A DNA stretch of 64,000 bases from an archaeon (lineage in GTDB: Archaea; Iainarchaeota; Iainarchaeia; Iainarchaeales; Iainarchaeaceae): positions 27,807-91,806 of the forward strand of contig DATDXA010000031.1 in assembly GCA_035289485.1 (NCBI GenBank), read 5' to 3'. Position numbers and translations under genes: made by a program. Of the stretch, positions 55,644 to 64,000 are shown piece by piece. The number at the start of each line of letters is the position of its first letter. Position 1 is the stretch's first letter. Below the pieces are notes generated by a model. The model made no database searches and was not told where the DNA came from. It worked only from the letters and a program-made list of their open reading frames with translations.

Positions 55644-56792
55644 TTACCCAAACAGCCCCTTGAACTTTCCAAAGAAATCCTTTCTCTCTTTTGCGATTCC
55701 CTCTTCTTTTGCAAGCTTTTCAAGCAGCTCTTTCTCGCGCTTTGAGAGCTTTTCCGGAGTTTTTACAATGACTTTCACATACTGGTCGCCGTACTCGTTT
55801 CTCTCAAGGAACTTGATTCCCTTATCAGCCATGCGAAAAATGGTTCCCGATTGCGTCCCCGCAGGAATCTTTAGCTTCGCTTTCCCCTTAAGCGTTGGGA
55901 CTTCAATTGTCGCTCCCAGAGCCGCCTCGCCAAATGAGAGCGGAGCTTCCATGTAAATATCCTCCTCATCTCGCCTAAAAATCGTGTGAGGTTCGACAAA
56001 AATAACCGCAATTATATCGCCGCGCGCAGCCCCGTGCTCTCCTGAATGCCCCTGCCCCGCAAGGCGCAGGTGCTGGCCCGTATCAATTCCTTCCGGAATA
56101 GTAATCGTGATTTTTTTCTTCCTGTGAACTTTCCCTGAGCCGCCGCATTCCTTGCACGGGTCAGTTATAATTTCTCCAGCGCCTCTGCATTTCCTGCACG
56201 TGCCCTGAGTCTGTATAACCCCCAAAAATGTCCTGCGTGTCTGCCTCTCAACTCCAGACCCGCCGCACTGCTCGCATGTTTTTTTCCCGGAAGATGATTT
56301 TGCCCCGCTTCCCTTGCATACCTCGCACTCAACAATAACATCAATCTCAATTTCCTTTTTCGCGCCGAATGCCGCCTCTTCAAATTCAAGATTGAGCCTT
56401 ACTGCAATGTCCTCTCCGCGCGAAGGGCCCCGTCTCCCGCCGCCGAACTGGTTGCCAAAAATGTCAGAGAAACCTCTCCCGAAGCCAAACGATTCGAAAA
56501 TATCCGAAAAATCGCCAAAGTCCGCGCCTTCTCCGCCAAAACCTGAAGCGCCCTGAAATCTTTCAGATTGCTCTCCGAACTGGTCGTAGTTGCGGCGCTT
56601 TTGCTCATCGCCAAGAATGGAATAAGCGTGCTGAACTTCTTTGAACTTGTCTTCCGCGCCCTTGTCCTTGTTCAAATCAGGGTGGTATTTCTTTGCAAGG
56701 TCCTTGTACGCCTTCTTGATGTCCTCTTGCGTGGCGCCGCGTGAGACACCAAGAGTTGCATAGTAGTCCTTTGCCATTTCAAACAACTTCAC
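55644..56792 (-). CDS. dnaJ: Chaperone DnaJ (Hsp40)
   Basis: J-domain with HPD (KKYHPDLNKDKGAE), Gly/Phe-rich linker, four CxxCxGxG zinc-finger repeats, C-terminal domain. Confidence 0.9.
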   Translation of the reverse strand: MKLFEMAKDYYATLGVSRGATQEDIKKAYKDLAKKYHPDLNKDKGAEDKFKEVQHAYSILGDEQKRRNYDQFGEQSERFQGASGFGGEGADFGDFSDIFESFGFGRGFSDIFGNQFGGGRRGPSRGEDIAVRLNLEFEEAAFGAKKEIEIDVIVECEVCKGSGAKSSSGKKTCEQCGGSGVERQTRRTFLGVIQTQGTCRKCRGAGEIITDPCKECGGSGKVHRKKKITITIPEGIDTGQHLRLAGQGHSGEHGAARGDIIAVIFVEPHTIFRRDEEDIYMEAPLSFGEAALGATIEVPTLKGKAKLKIPAGTQSGTIFRMADKGIKFLERNEYGDQYVKVIVKTPEKLSKREKELLEKLAKEEGIAKERKDFFGKFKGLFG

Positions 56793-56860
56793 GCGTTCTC
56801 TTGAAAAATGTTTTCAGGCGGCCTTTTGCCGCCTTGCGCATTTTCAAAAAAGCCTTTTAG

Positions 56861-58723
56861 TTACTTTTTCTCTTCGGTAAAATCCGCGTCAACGACATTG
56901 TCATCTCCGCCCTTTCCCTGCCCTTTGCTTCCTTTTGCAGAACCTGTGCCATTGGGATTCGCGCCCTGCGATGCGTTCTTGTACATCTCAGTTGATGCCG
57001 CCTGCACTTCGCTATTGAGCGCTTCAAATGAGGATTTTATCTTCTCCAAATCCTTTGGCTCGGTTCCGAGCAGCTTTTTGAGCTCCTCGTTTTTGGCCTT
57101 GATTGAATTTACCTTATCTTCCGGGAATTTGCCCTTCATTTCCGTGAGCATCTTCTCGGTGCTGTAGACAAAGGCATCTGCATTGTTCACGGTTTCCACT
57201 TCCTCGCGCCTCTTTTTATCCTCGCTCTCGTGCGCCTCCGCATCTTTCTTCATTTTTTCTATTTCCTGCTCCGAAAGCTTTTGTGACGCCGTAATCTTGA
57301 CGCTCTGCTCTTTTCCCGTGCCAAGGTCCTTTGCGGCAACGTGCACAATTCCATTTGCATCTATGTCAAATGTTACCTCAACTTGCGGCACTCCGCGGGG
57401 CGCTGGAGGAATTCCAGCGAGTTGGAATCTTCCAAGTGTTTTGTTTCCAGAAACCATTTGACGCTCTCCCTGCAGCACATGTATATCGACTGCCGGCTGA
57501 TTATCCGAAGCGGTTGAAAACACCTGGCTCTTCTTTGTTGGGATTGTCGTGTTTCTTTCGATGAGTTTTGTGAAAACTCCGCCCAAGGTTTCGATTCCAA
57601 GGCTTAGCGGAGTGACATCAAGAAGCAAAACATCTTTCACTTCCCCTGCAAGTACGCCCGCTTGTATCGCAGCGCCCATTGCAACACATTCCATTGGGTC
57701 CAGGCCTCTTTCAACTTTTGAGCCAATTTCCTTCTCAACAAATTGCTGAACAATTGGCATTCTTGTTGGACCTCCCACAAGAACAATTTTGCTAATGTCG
57801 GCAGGAGTCATCTTTGCGTCCGCAAGTGCCTGCTGCACAGGTTTTGCGCACCTTTTTACTATTGGTCCAATGAGCTCTTCGAGTTTAGCCCTGTTTATTT
57901 TCATCTGAAGGTGCTTTGGCCCCTCATTTGTCGCCGTGATATATGGAAGATTTATTTCAGTCTCGACAACAGTTGAGAGCTCGATTTTTGCCTTCTCCGC
58001 GGCCTCATTGACCCTCTGCATCGCTGTGGTATCCTTCTTAAGATCAAATCCTTCTTTTGATTTGAATTCGCCTATGATATAATTTACAAGCGCCTCATCC
58101 ATATCGCGCCCGCCAAGCTGTGTGTCTCCTGAAGTTGAACGAACCTCAAACACTCCGTTCTCATATTCCATTATGGTAACATCAAGCGTTCCGCCGCCCA
58201 AATCGAATACCAATATTTTGAAATTCTGGCTCTTCTTGTCAAGGCCGTATGCCATCGAAGCGGCTGTTGGCTCATTTACAATCCTTACAACCTCAAGCCC
58301 TGCAATAGAACCAGCGTCCTTTGTTGCCTGCCTTTGGTTGTCATCAAAATACGCAGGCACAGTTATCACTGCCTTGCTTATTTTTTCGCCCAAAAACTCC
58401 TCTGCATCCTTTTTTATTTTTTGCAGCACGAATGCCGAAAGCTGCTGTGGCGTGTAGTCCTTGTCTCCGGCTTTATACTTGAAATCGGTTCCCATTTTCC
58501 TCTTGAACCCAAAAAATGTCCTGTCCGCATTGGAAACAGCCTGCCTGCGTGCGGGCTCTCCTACCAGAAGCTGCCCGTCTTTTGTGAATGCAACAACGCT
58601 TGGGAATGCCTTCCCATAAACCGTGTTCCCCTCTGCCGAAGGGATTATTTTTGGCTTTCCGCCCTCAAGAAATGCCGCCGCACTGTTGCTTGTTCCGAGG
58701 TCCACGCCTATAGTCTTTGCCAT
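56861..58723 (-). CDS. dnaK: Chaperone DnaK (Hsp70)
   Basis: [23 protein letters not shown], and [14 protein letters not shown]. 620 aa. Confidence 0.95.
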   Translation of the reverse strand: MAKTIGVDLGTSNSAAAFLEGGKPKIIPSAEGNTVYGKAFPSVVAFTKDGQLLVGEPARRQAVSNADRTFFGFKRKMGTDFKYKAGDKDYTPQQLSAFVLQKIKKDAEEFLGEKISKAVITVPAYFDDNQRQATKDAGSIAGLEVVRIVNEPTAASMAYGLDKKSQNFKILVFDLGGGTLDVTIMEYENGVFEVRSTSGDTQLGGRDMDEALVNYIIGEFKSKEGFDLKKDTTAMQRVNEAAEKAKIELSTVVETEINLPYITATNEGPKHLQMKINRAKLEELIGPIVKRCAKPVQQALADAKMTPADISKIVLVGGPTRMPIVQQFVEKEIGSKVERGLDPMECVAMGAAIQAGVLAGEVKDVLLLDVTPLSLGIETLGGVFTKLIERNTTIPTKKSQVFSTASDNQPAVDIHVLQGERQMVSGNKTLGRFQLAGIPPAPRGVPQVEVTFDIDANGIVHVAAKDLGTGKEQSVKITASQKLSEQEIEKMKKDAEAHESEDKKRREEVETVNNADAFVYSTEKMLTEMKGKFPEDKVNSIKAKNEELKKLLGTEPKDLEKIKSSFEALNSEVQAASTEMYKNASQGANPNGTGSAKGSKGQGKGGDDNVVDADFTEEKK

Positions 58724-59685
58724 TATACCATCTCCTTTTTTTCAATTTCTAAAACCACAGTCGATTTTTTGCTGTGTTTTAAATGCAACCCGATTAATTC
58801 TGCCCATTTACCTATGTGGCTTTTTGGAACACCCAAACGATATATTTGTTTTCGAGCAATAACCGGTCGGCCCCCTAAACAGTATGGCTCCACGCGCTTT
58901 TTAATTTCGATAATAGAATTTTTTATTCCCTTAAAATTTAAATATTCAGAAATTCTGTCAAGCAATCTTTTGTCCGCATTATACAAATAAACGTGAATGT
59001 AATTTCCCTGCCTTAATACGCTTCCTTCGGCGTCCCATAATCCGGCTAAAAATCTTGGCGCAAGCCCCTCCTCTGAAAAAATATAATCCAGTGTGTCTTC
59101 TGAAATTGTTCCGTTCTTTTTAATGAGCGCCGCAATTTTGACGCTTGAAAGCCTTAGTTTCCATAACCCGTCATCCCTGTAAACTTCCTGCACAGTCCCG
59201 TATTTTTCCATCGTTGCCTTCAAATATTCTTTCATCCCCTTATCCTTGTTGAATGCCTCAACCATGAATTTTTGTACTGCTCCGTCTCCTATACAAAACC
59301 CAATCATATATGCCAAGTCTTCGCCAATTTTTATTGCCGAAAGATTTTTTGCAGAATTACCAAATGCAATTACCGTTGACCCATCGAAATTTGCCGGGAA
59401 CATTTCTGTGCTCACATGCCTTCTTACCAATGGAATGCCCAAGTTCCTAAACCAGCAGCCCAAAATCGAATCCGGGACATTGAGTATTTTTTCAATCGTT
59501 GTGATATCGTTTTTTGGGTAAAGCTTTGCCAGCAACGCGGCAATATTCTCTTTTCCAATAATTTTTTTGATTGCCCTGAAATCATGGTTCACCCGTAAAT
59601 CATTTATTTTCTTTATTGTTTCACTCTCGTGCTCCGTAAGCACAGGATTCAAAATCGCAGTTTTATAATTAACCATGAATTTCAC
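58723..59685 (-). CDS. Free-standing double-motif LAGLIDADG homing endonuclease inserted between grpE and dnaK
   Basis: [14 protein letters not shown] and [21 protein letters not shown] motifs. 320 aa. AT-rich relative to neighbours. Overlaps the grpE 3' end by 17 nt and abuts the dnaK start. Confidence 0.75.
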   Translation of the reverse strand: MKFMVNYKTAILNPVLTEHESETIKKINDLRVNHDFRAIKKIIGKENIAALLAKLYPKNDITTIEKILNVPDSILGCWFRNLGIPLVRRHVSTEMFPANFDGSTVIAFGNSAKNLSAIKIGEDLAYMIGFCIGDGAVQKFMVEAFNKDKGMKEYLKATMEKYGTVQEVYRDDGLWKLRLSSVKIAALIKKNGTISEDTLDYIFSEEGLAPRFLAGLWDAEGSVLRQGNYIHVYLYNADKRLLDRISEYLNFKGIKNSIIEIKKRVEPYCLGGRPVIARKQIYRLGVPKSHIGKWAELIGLHLKHSKKSTVVLEIEKKEMV

Positions 59686-60241
59686 CAGATTTCTTGTTAA
59701 CCTTCACCTTTGCAGGCCGCAGAACTTTCCCGTTCAGTGTATATCCTTTTCCAAGCTCCTCAAGTATTTCCTCATCCTGTTTTGATTCATCCTTTCCTGT
59801 CATAAGAACTTCATGCAGCGTGTGGTCGAATTTTTTCCCGACTGTTTCAATGCGCCTCACCCCGTTCCGCTCAAGCGTCTTGATGAACTGCGCCCTTAAA
59901 ACCTCAAATCCCTTTTTCATCTCCTCATTGCCGGATTTTGCCGCCTGCCGCAGCCCCTGCTCGACCGAATCTACAAGCGGGAGAAAATCCTCAATTGATT
60001 TCGCGCCCGCGAATTTTCTAAAATCCTCCTTCTCCCGCTCTATGCGCTTTGCAGCGTTCTCAAACTCCGCCTGCAGGCGCTGGAGTGTGTCCTTGTAATC
60101 ATCCGCAATTTTTTTTAGTTCTCCAATCTGCTTTTCGTACTGCTCCCTGATTTTCAATTCAGCCTCGCTGAGCGCATGCTCCTTGTTTTTTGCGCCCTCT
60201 ATGTGGCCTTTTTGCCTGTTCTTTTCTGCCTCATTTTCCAC
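59669..60241 (-). CDS. grpE: Nucleotide exchange factor GrpE
   Basis: Long N-terminal coiled-coil plus C-terminal beta domain (DHTLHEVLM...GYTLNGKVLRPAKV). Confidence 0.85.
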   Translation of the reverse strand: MENEAEKNRQKGHIEGAKNKEHALSEAELKIREQYEKQIGELKKIADDYKDTLQRLQAEFENAAKRIEREKEDFRKFAGAKSIEDFLPLVDSVEQGLRQAAKSGNEEMKKGFEVLRAQFIKTLERNGVRRIETVGKKFDHTLHEVLMTGKDESKQDEEILEELGKGYTLNGKVLRPAKVKVNKKSGEIHG

Positions 60242-60265
60242 TAAATCACCGCAAAAAGCCCATTT

Positions 60266-60805
60266 TTGACTAAATTGTTTAATCTTTTACAATCTTTTTT
60301 AATCAAAACGTTTTTAAACCTTTCAACGGCATTTTTTCTCATGAGCGAAACCGAGCAGCAAGCGCCTGGCCAGATGAGGCGGGCATCTTTTAAGATTGTA
60401 ATAAGAAAAGTCGAGCAGCCATTCTCCCAAAGCCCGCTTGATGAGCTGAACTGGATTTGCCAATCGCTCGGCTTTATGGAGCCAATTGACAGGGACAAAA
60501 CCGCTTCAAGCATCTTTAGAGAAATTATCAAGGCCACCGAAAGCGGGGAAGCGCTCTCTTCAAGTGCGATTGCAGATCGCGTGGGGATGAGCCGCGGAGC
60601 TATCATAAACCATCTAAACAATCTCATGCGCTCTGGGCTGATTACCCGCGATGGCAGATTCTACTCCGCCCGCTCGCGCTCAATTTACCGCACAATCGAG
60701 GAAATCGAAGAGGATATCGAGCGCATATTTACCAAAATGAAAAGGACTGCCATGGCCCTAGATGAGGAACTTGGCATAAAAGCGGAAAACTCCAAGCGCG
60801 AATAG
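60266..60805 (+). CDS. HTH/winged-helix transcriptional regulator divergent from grpE (candidate heat-shock operon regulator)
   Basis: SSSAIADRVGMSRGAIINHLNNLMRSGLITRDGRFY helix-turn-helix plus wing. Probable start MSETEQQ near 60340. Confidence 0.5.
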   Translation: MTKLFNLLQSFLIKTFLNLSTAFFLMSETEQQAPGQMRRASFKIVIRKVEQPFSQSPLDELNWICQSLGFMEPIDRDKTASSIFREIIKATESGEALSSSAIADRVGMSRGAIINHLNNLMRSGLITRDGRFYSARSRSIYRTIEEIEEDIERIFTKMKRTAMALDEELGIKAENSKRE

Positions 60806-60836
60806 GTTTATTTACCTGAAGCAACAACTTACTTTT

Positions 60837-61322
60837 ATGTTTCCACAAAAAAAGGGCAGAAGCTGGGGCTGGGCTGCAAGCCACGCCATAAAGGACAAGG
60901 CGTTTGAAAAGCTCTTTGCCCTCAAAGAACCTCGCTATGCCGCGCTTCTTCTAGTGGAATTTTTCCTGACAATGCTTATAGTTGCGGGCATTGTTCTCTA
61001 CATTGACGGCCGTTTCAACCAGCTGCAAACGCCGCTAAATATTTTCGCATTCGCCGGAATTTGCTTTGCCGCGATTCACTTCTACAATTACACTTCCGCA
61101 TTTCGAAAATCCCGCAAAAACGGCATACAAAGAACTTCATCAATCAAAACACTCGCGCTCGAATTCATACTATTCCTAATAATTGCAGTTTCCGCATTCG
61201 TCTACTACGATCCGAAAATAAACACGCTTCCCTATCCATACAATATAGTTTTCTTTCTCGCAATCCTTGCAGTGCCGCTCTATTTTTACATAAATGAGAA
61301 ATTCCTAAAGGCCGCGTACTAA
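60837..61322 (+). CDS. Hypothetical 4-TM membrane protein
   Basis: 161 aa with four hydrophobic helices and no known family. Confidence 0.4.
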   Translation: MFPQKKGRSWGWAASHAIKDKAFEKLFALKEPRYAALLLVEFFLTMLIVAGIVLYIDGRFNQLQTPLNIFAFAGICFAAIHFYNYTSAFRKSRKNGIQRTSSIKTLALEFILFLIIAVSAFVYYDPKINTLPYPYNIVFFLAILAVPLYFYINEKFLKAAY

Positions 61323-61331
61323 TTAAAATCA

Positions 61332-62318
61332 TCAAACCCAGTTCACATTTTCCATATCCGTTCTGAACTTCTGGCTTGTTTGCGCCTCTTCAACCGCAAC
61401 CGCCCTTCCAGCATTGTGCATAATCAGCCCAGTCCACGCAATCATCACTCCATTATCTGTTGCGTATTCTCGTGGGCAAACCTTGAGCTTTACTCCGCGC
61501 TCTTTGCACATTTTTGTGAGCATTTGTTGCAGCGCGCGCGAAGCAGCAACTCCTCCTGTGAGAAGCAGCTCCTTTTTCTCCGTGTGCGCAAGCGCGCGCT
61601 CGCAAACTTCGGTTATTGTTGCAAAAGCCGTGTGCATCATGCTATATGCTATGTCCTCATTTCTGTGCTTTCCTATATTTTTCTCCGTTGCAGTTAGAAG
61701 CCCGGAGAAATTCACATCCATTCCCTTCACTGAATAAGGCAGCTCAATGTATTCTTTCCCTTCAAAATACATCTTATCAAGCGCAGGCCCCGCGGGAAAC
61801 CCGATGCCAATTTCCCTTCCAAAAGAATCCAGCAAGTTTCCAACCCCGATATCAAGAGTCTCGCCATAAACCCTGTATTTTCCGCTCTCATAGCCGATTA
61901 CCTGCGTGTTCCCTCCAGAAACATAGAGCACAAGCGGGTCAGTGGATTTGCACATCTTTTTTGCAATTTCAACATGCGCAACGGAGTGGTTTACCGGAAT
62001 TATCGGTTTGCTATGAAGGGCGGCGAGCATGCGCGCCGCGGTTGCCCCGACACTTAGCGCAGTGCCAATCCCAGGGCCGCTACTGTATGCGATGCAGTCA
62101 ATCTCCTTCCAATCCAATTTGGATTTTTCAAGTGCTGCCTTAATCACTTTCGGGAACTGCTCTATGTGGTGCTCTGCGAGCTCTCGTGGAATCATGCCGC
62201 CGCTTTTTGTTGTAAACGAATGGCGCTCATCTGAGAGCACACTGCACGCAGAATCCACAATTCCAACAGCCGCTGTATGTGCCGTGGTTTCTATGCCCAA
62301 ACAGATTTTCTTCTTCAC
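61332..62318 (-). CDS. kae1: tRNA N6-adenosine threonylcarbamoyltransferase Kae1 (KEOPS catalytic subunit)
   Basis: LGIETTAHTAAVGIV N-terminus with His metal-binding pair (NHSVAHVEI) and TGGVAASRALQQM. Confidence 0.85.
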   Translation of the reverse strand: MKKKICLGIETTAHTAAVGIVDSACSVLSDERHSFTTKSGGMIPRELAEHHIEQFPKVIKAALEKSKLDWKEIDCIAYSSGPGIGTALSVGATAARMLAALHSKPIIPVNHSVAHVEIAKKMCKSTDPLVLYVSGGNTQVIGYESGKYRVYGETLDIGVGNLLDSFGREIGIGFPAGPALDKMYFEGKEYIELPYSVKGMDVNFSGLLTATEKNIGKHRNEDIAYSMMHTAFATITEVCERALAHTEKKELLLTGGVAASRALQQMLTKMCKERGVKLKVCPREYATDNGVMIAWTGLIMHNAGRAVAVEEAQTSQKFRTDMENVNWV

Positions 62319-62365
62319 AATCAGATTATTTGGCGTGGAATTTAAAGCAGAATCGCATTCCCCAT

Positions 62366-63421
62366 TCAGCGAGCATTTATTACCTTGCTTGCGGCTTTCT
62401 TGAGCCTATTTTCAACAGCAAGCCCAAGGCCTTTTGCGCCACCTGAAATTCCTTCAACAAGTATGATTTGCACACTAGGCAACATATCAAATTCCCTAAA
62501 TGTCCTAAAAAGGTTTTTTGCAATTGACGCGTAATCGCCCTTCAAATATTTCACGGCCGCGCCCATTTTCCCGTAATCATTTTTTTTCCTCGTTGTAATC
62601 ACCCCGATTTTTTTTCCCCTGCTTTCCGAGAGCATTTTCCGGATTGTTTTCCAAGAGTTTGCCCCTTCAATTACTATCACTTCAGCCCTTGGAGCATAGT
62701 GCCTGTATTTCATCCCAGGCGCTCTTGCAAGTGCTTTGCTGTGCGATTTTTTTGCGATTGATTTTACGAGAGGGTGCACTTTCACTTTTCCTATTATTGC
62801 CTCCAGTTCTTCAAGGCTAACTTTTCCAGGCCGCAGAAGCATTGGAATTTTCCCAGTAAGGTCCAGAACAGTTGATTCCACTCCTATATGCGCCCTTCCT
62901 CCGTCAATTATCGCGCCAATTCTTCCAAACAAATCCTCTTTCACATGCTGCGCCGATGTGGGCGATGGCTTTCCAAAAAGATTCGCCGATGGAGCCGCTA
63001 TTGGGCAACCCGATTCACTAATGAGCGCTAGCGCAATCCTGCTGCGCGGCATTCTCACCGCAACCGAATTGAGCCCCGCGGTTGTAACTGAAGGGACGTT
63101 CGCGGACTTTTCAAGCACGAGCGTAAGCGGCCCTGGCCAGAACTTTTCCATCAGGGCTTTTGCTTTCGCATCCACGCTTTTTACAAGTTCATAGATCTGA
63201 TGCTCACGCGAAATGTGCACAATAAGCGGGTCATCAAACGGCCTTCCCTTGGCGCGAAATATTCCCCTCACCGCTTTCGCATCCAGTGCATTCGCCCCAA
63301 GCCCATAAACAGTTTCAGTTGGGAACGCTACAGTTCCTCCGTGCCTAATTATTGCCGCCGCTTTTCGTATTTTCAAGCCCTGCGGCTTTTGCGCATTTAT
63401 TTTCACAAGAATGGTTTTCAT
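62366..63421 (-). CDS. sua5: Threonylcarbamoyl-AMP synthase Sua5/TsaC (YrdC domain plus Sua5 C-terminal domain)
   Basis: YrdC motifs (VAFPTETVYGLGANA; SANLFGKPSPTSAQHV) followed by a Sua5-type C-terminal domain. 351 aa. Confidence 0.8.
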   Translation of the reverse strand: MKTILVKINAQKPQGLKIRKAAAIIRHGGTVAFPTETVYGLGANALDAKAVRGIFRAKGRPFDDPLIVHISREHQIYELVKSVDAKAKALMEKFWPGPLTLVLEKSANVPSVTTAGLNSVAVRMPRSRIALALISESGCPIAAPSANLFGKPSPTSAQHVKEDLFGRIGAIIDGGRAHIGVESTVLDLTGKIPMLLRPGKVSLEELEAIIGKVKVHPLVKSIAKKSHSKALARAPGMKYRHYAPRAEVIVIEGANSWKTIRKMLSESRGKKIGVITTRKKNDYGKMGAAVKYLKGDYASIAKNLFRTFREFDMLPSVQIILVEGISGGAKGLGLAVENRLKKAASKVINAR

Positions 63422-63430
63422 AGCACGCCT

Positions 63431-63940
63431 TCAGATGTTTAGTAAGGAAATTACTGCCACAAAATTATAAAGCATGTGCGCAATGAAATTCGGCACAATG
63501 GATTTGTTCTGCTTGTATGCAATTCCAAGTATTATTCCAAGTGCAAATGCGCCAACAGCTTCCGCAACCGAACCATAACTTAGGTGCGCAATCCCAAAAA
63601 GCGCAGCAGAGAGCACAACGCCTATTCGCGGCACCAAAAATGCCCGAAACAAAAATTCCTCCGCAAAAACCCTTACAATGAAAAAATACGCCAGAACAAA
63701 TGGCGAGCCTGCGGCGAGCGATTTTGCAACCTGCTGCACGGGTTCAAGATCGTTTGTGCCGGCAAGGGTGAAAATAACCGAAAAAATAATAGAGAAAAAA
63801 ATCAGCGCGAGAAATATTTTTCCAGCTGCAAGGGCCTCATTAAACCACTTTCTATTTTTGGGAAAACCAAGTTCTGAGAGCAAAACTTTTTTGCGCTCAA
63901 CTGCTATTATGAAAAAAATCGGTATTGCAAGCATTGCCAA
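63431..63940 (-). CDS. CPBP-family (CAAX/Abi) intramembrane metalloprotease
   Basis: AEEFLFRAFLVPR (EExxxR motif 1), FGIAHLSYG (motif 2), and a C-terminal His (NFIAHMLYN). Confidence 0.7.
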   Translation of the reverse strand: MAMLAIPIFFIIAVERKKVLLSELGFPKNRKWFNEALAAGKIFLALIFFSIIFSVIFTLAGTNDLEPVQQVAKSLAAGSPFVLAYFFIVRVFAEEFLFRAFLVPRIGVVLSAALFGIAHLSYGSVAEAVGAFALGIILGIAYKQNKSIVPNFIAHMLYNFVAVISLLNI

Positions 63941-64000
63941 ATCAAGCAGAAATGCCGTGTAGGGGGGCGCTATTGCAAGCCCTCCTACTTGAATTCAGTA

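Overview
This 64-kb window comes from an archaeal chromosome. Archaeal marker genes are family D DNA polymerase DP1/DP2, Orc1/Cdc6, aCPSF1, NAC-alpha, CDP-archaeol synthase, ribosomal S3Ae, KEOPS Kae1/Bud32, proteasome beta and class III (archaeal pilin-type) signal peptides. The sequence is about 50% GC and densely coding on both strands. It also carries several bacterial-type genes: a grpE-dnaK-dnaJ operon, type I GAPDH, SppA and a PglC-like sugar transferase. I cannot assign a lineage from sequence alone. Contents in order: (1) a glycolytic cluster (PfkB kinase, type I GAPDH, cupin-type PGI, PGK) plus CoaBC. (2) A tandem array of three paralogous pilin-like proteins with a shared promoter motif, (Gly-Ser)n linkers and divergent Cys-rich C-terminal modules; one copy has an in-frame TAA at codon 3. 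(3) NFACT, PRC-barrel, TYW1 and a truncated bacterial sugar transferase. (4) A VapBC pair, then a 1054-aa secreted protein with lipobox and C-terminal anchor, convergent with another secreted protein. (5) An accessory islet: AT-rich TTTTCGCG repeat region, RHH/PemK toxin-antitoxin pair, SemiSWEET and an AT-rich membrane protein. (6) aCPSF1 interrupted by a 446-aa LAGLIDADG intein. (7) Proteasome beta, FKBP, NAC, and a second VapBC cassette bracketed by 14-bp direct repeats. (8) Hel308, then Orc1/Cdc6 interrupted by a 364-aa LAGLIDADG intein in its P-loop, SepF, and the DP2-DP1-UPF0147 operon, with a shared GTGGAAGTGAA motif upstream of both orc1 and the polD operon. (9) NOG1, SecF-SecD, an archaeosortase overlapping CarS, SppA, r-proteins S3Ae/S15, Bud32 and ValRS. 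(10) DnaJ, DnaK, a free-standing LAGLIDADG homing endonuclease inserted between dnaK and grpE, and GrpE. (11) Kae1 adjacent to Sua5, and a CPBP protease. I recognised no rRNA, tRNA or CRISPR array by eye. All calls rest on motif recognition in the supplied translations; no searches were run.
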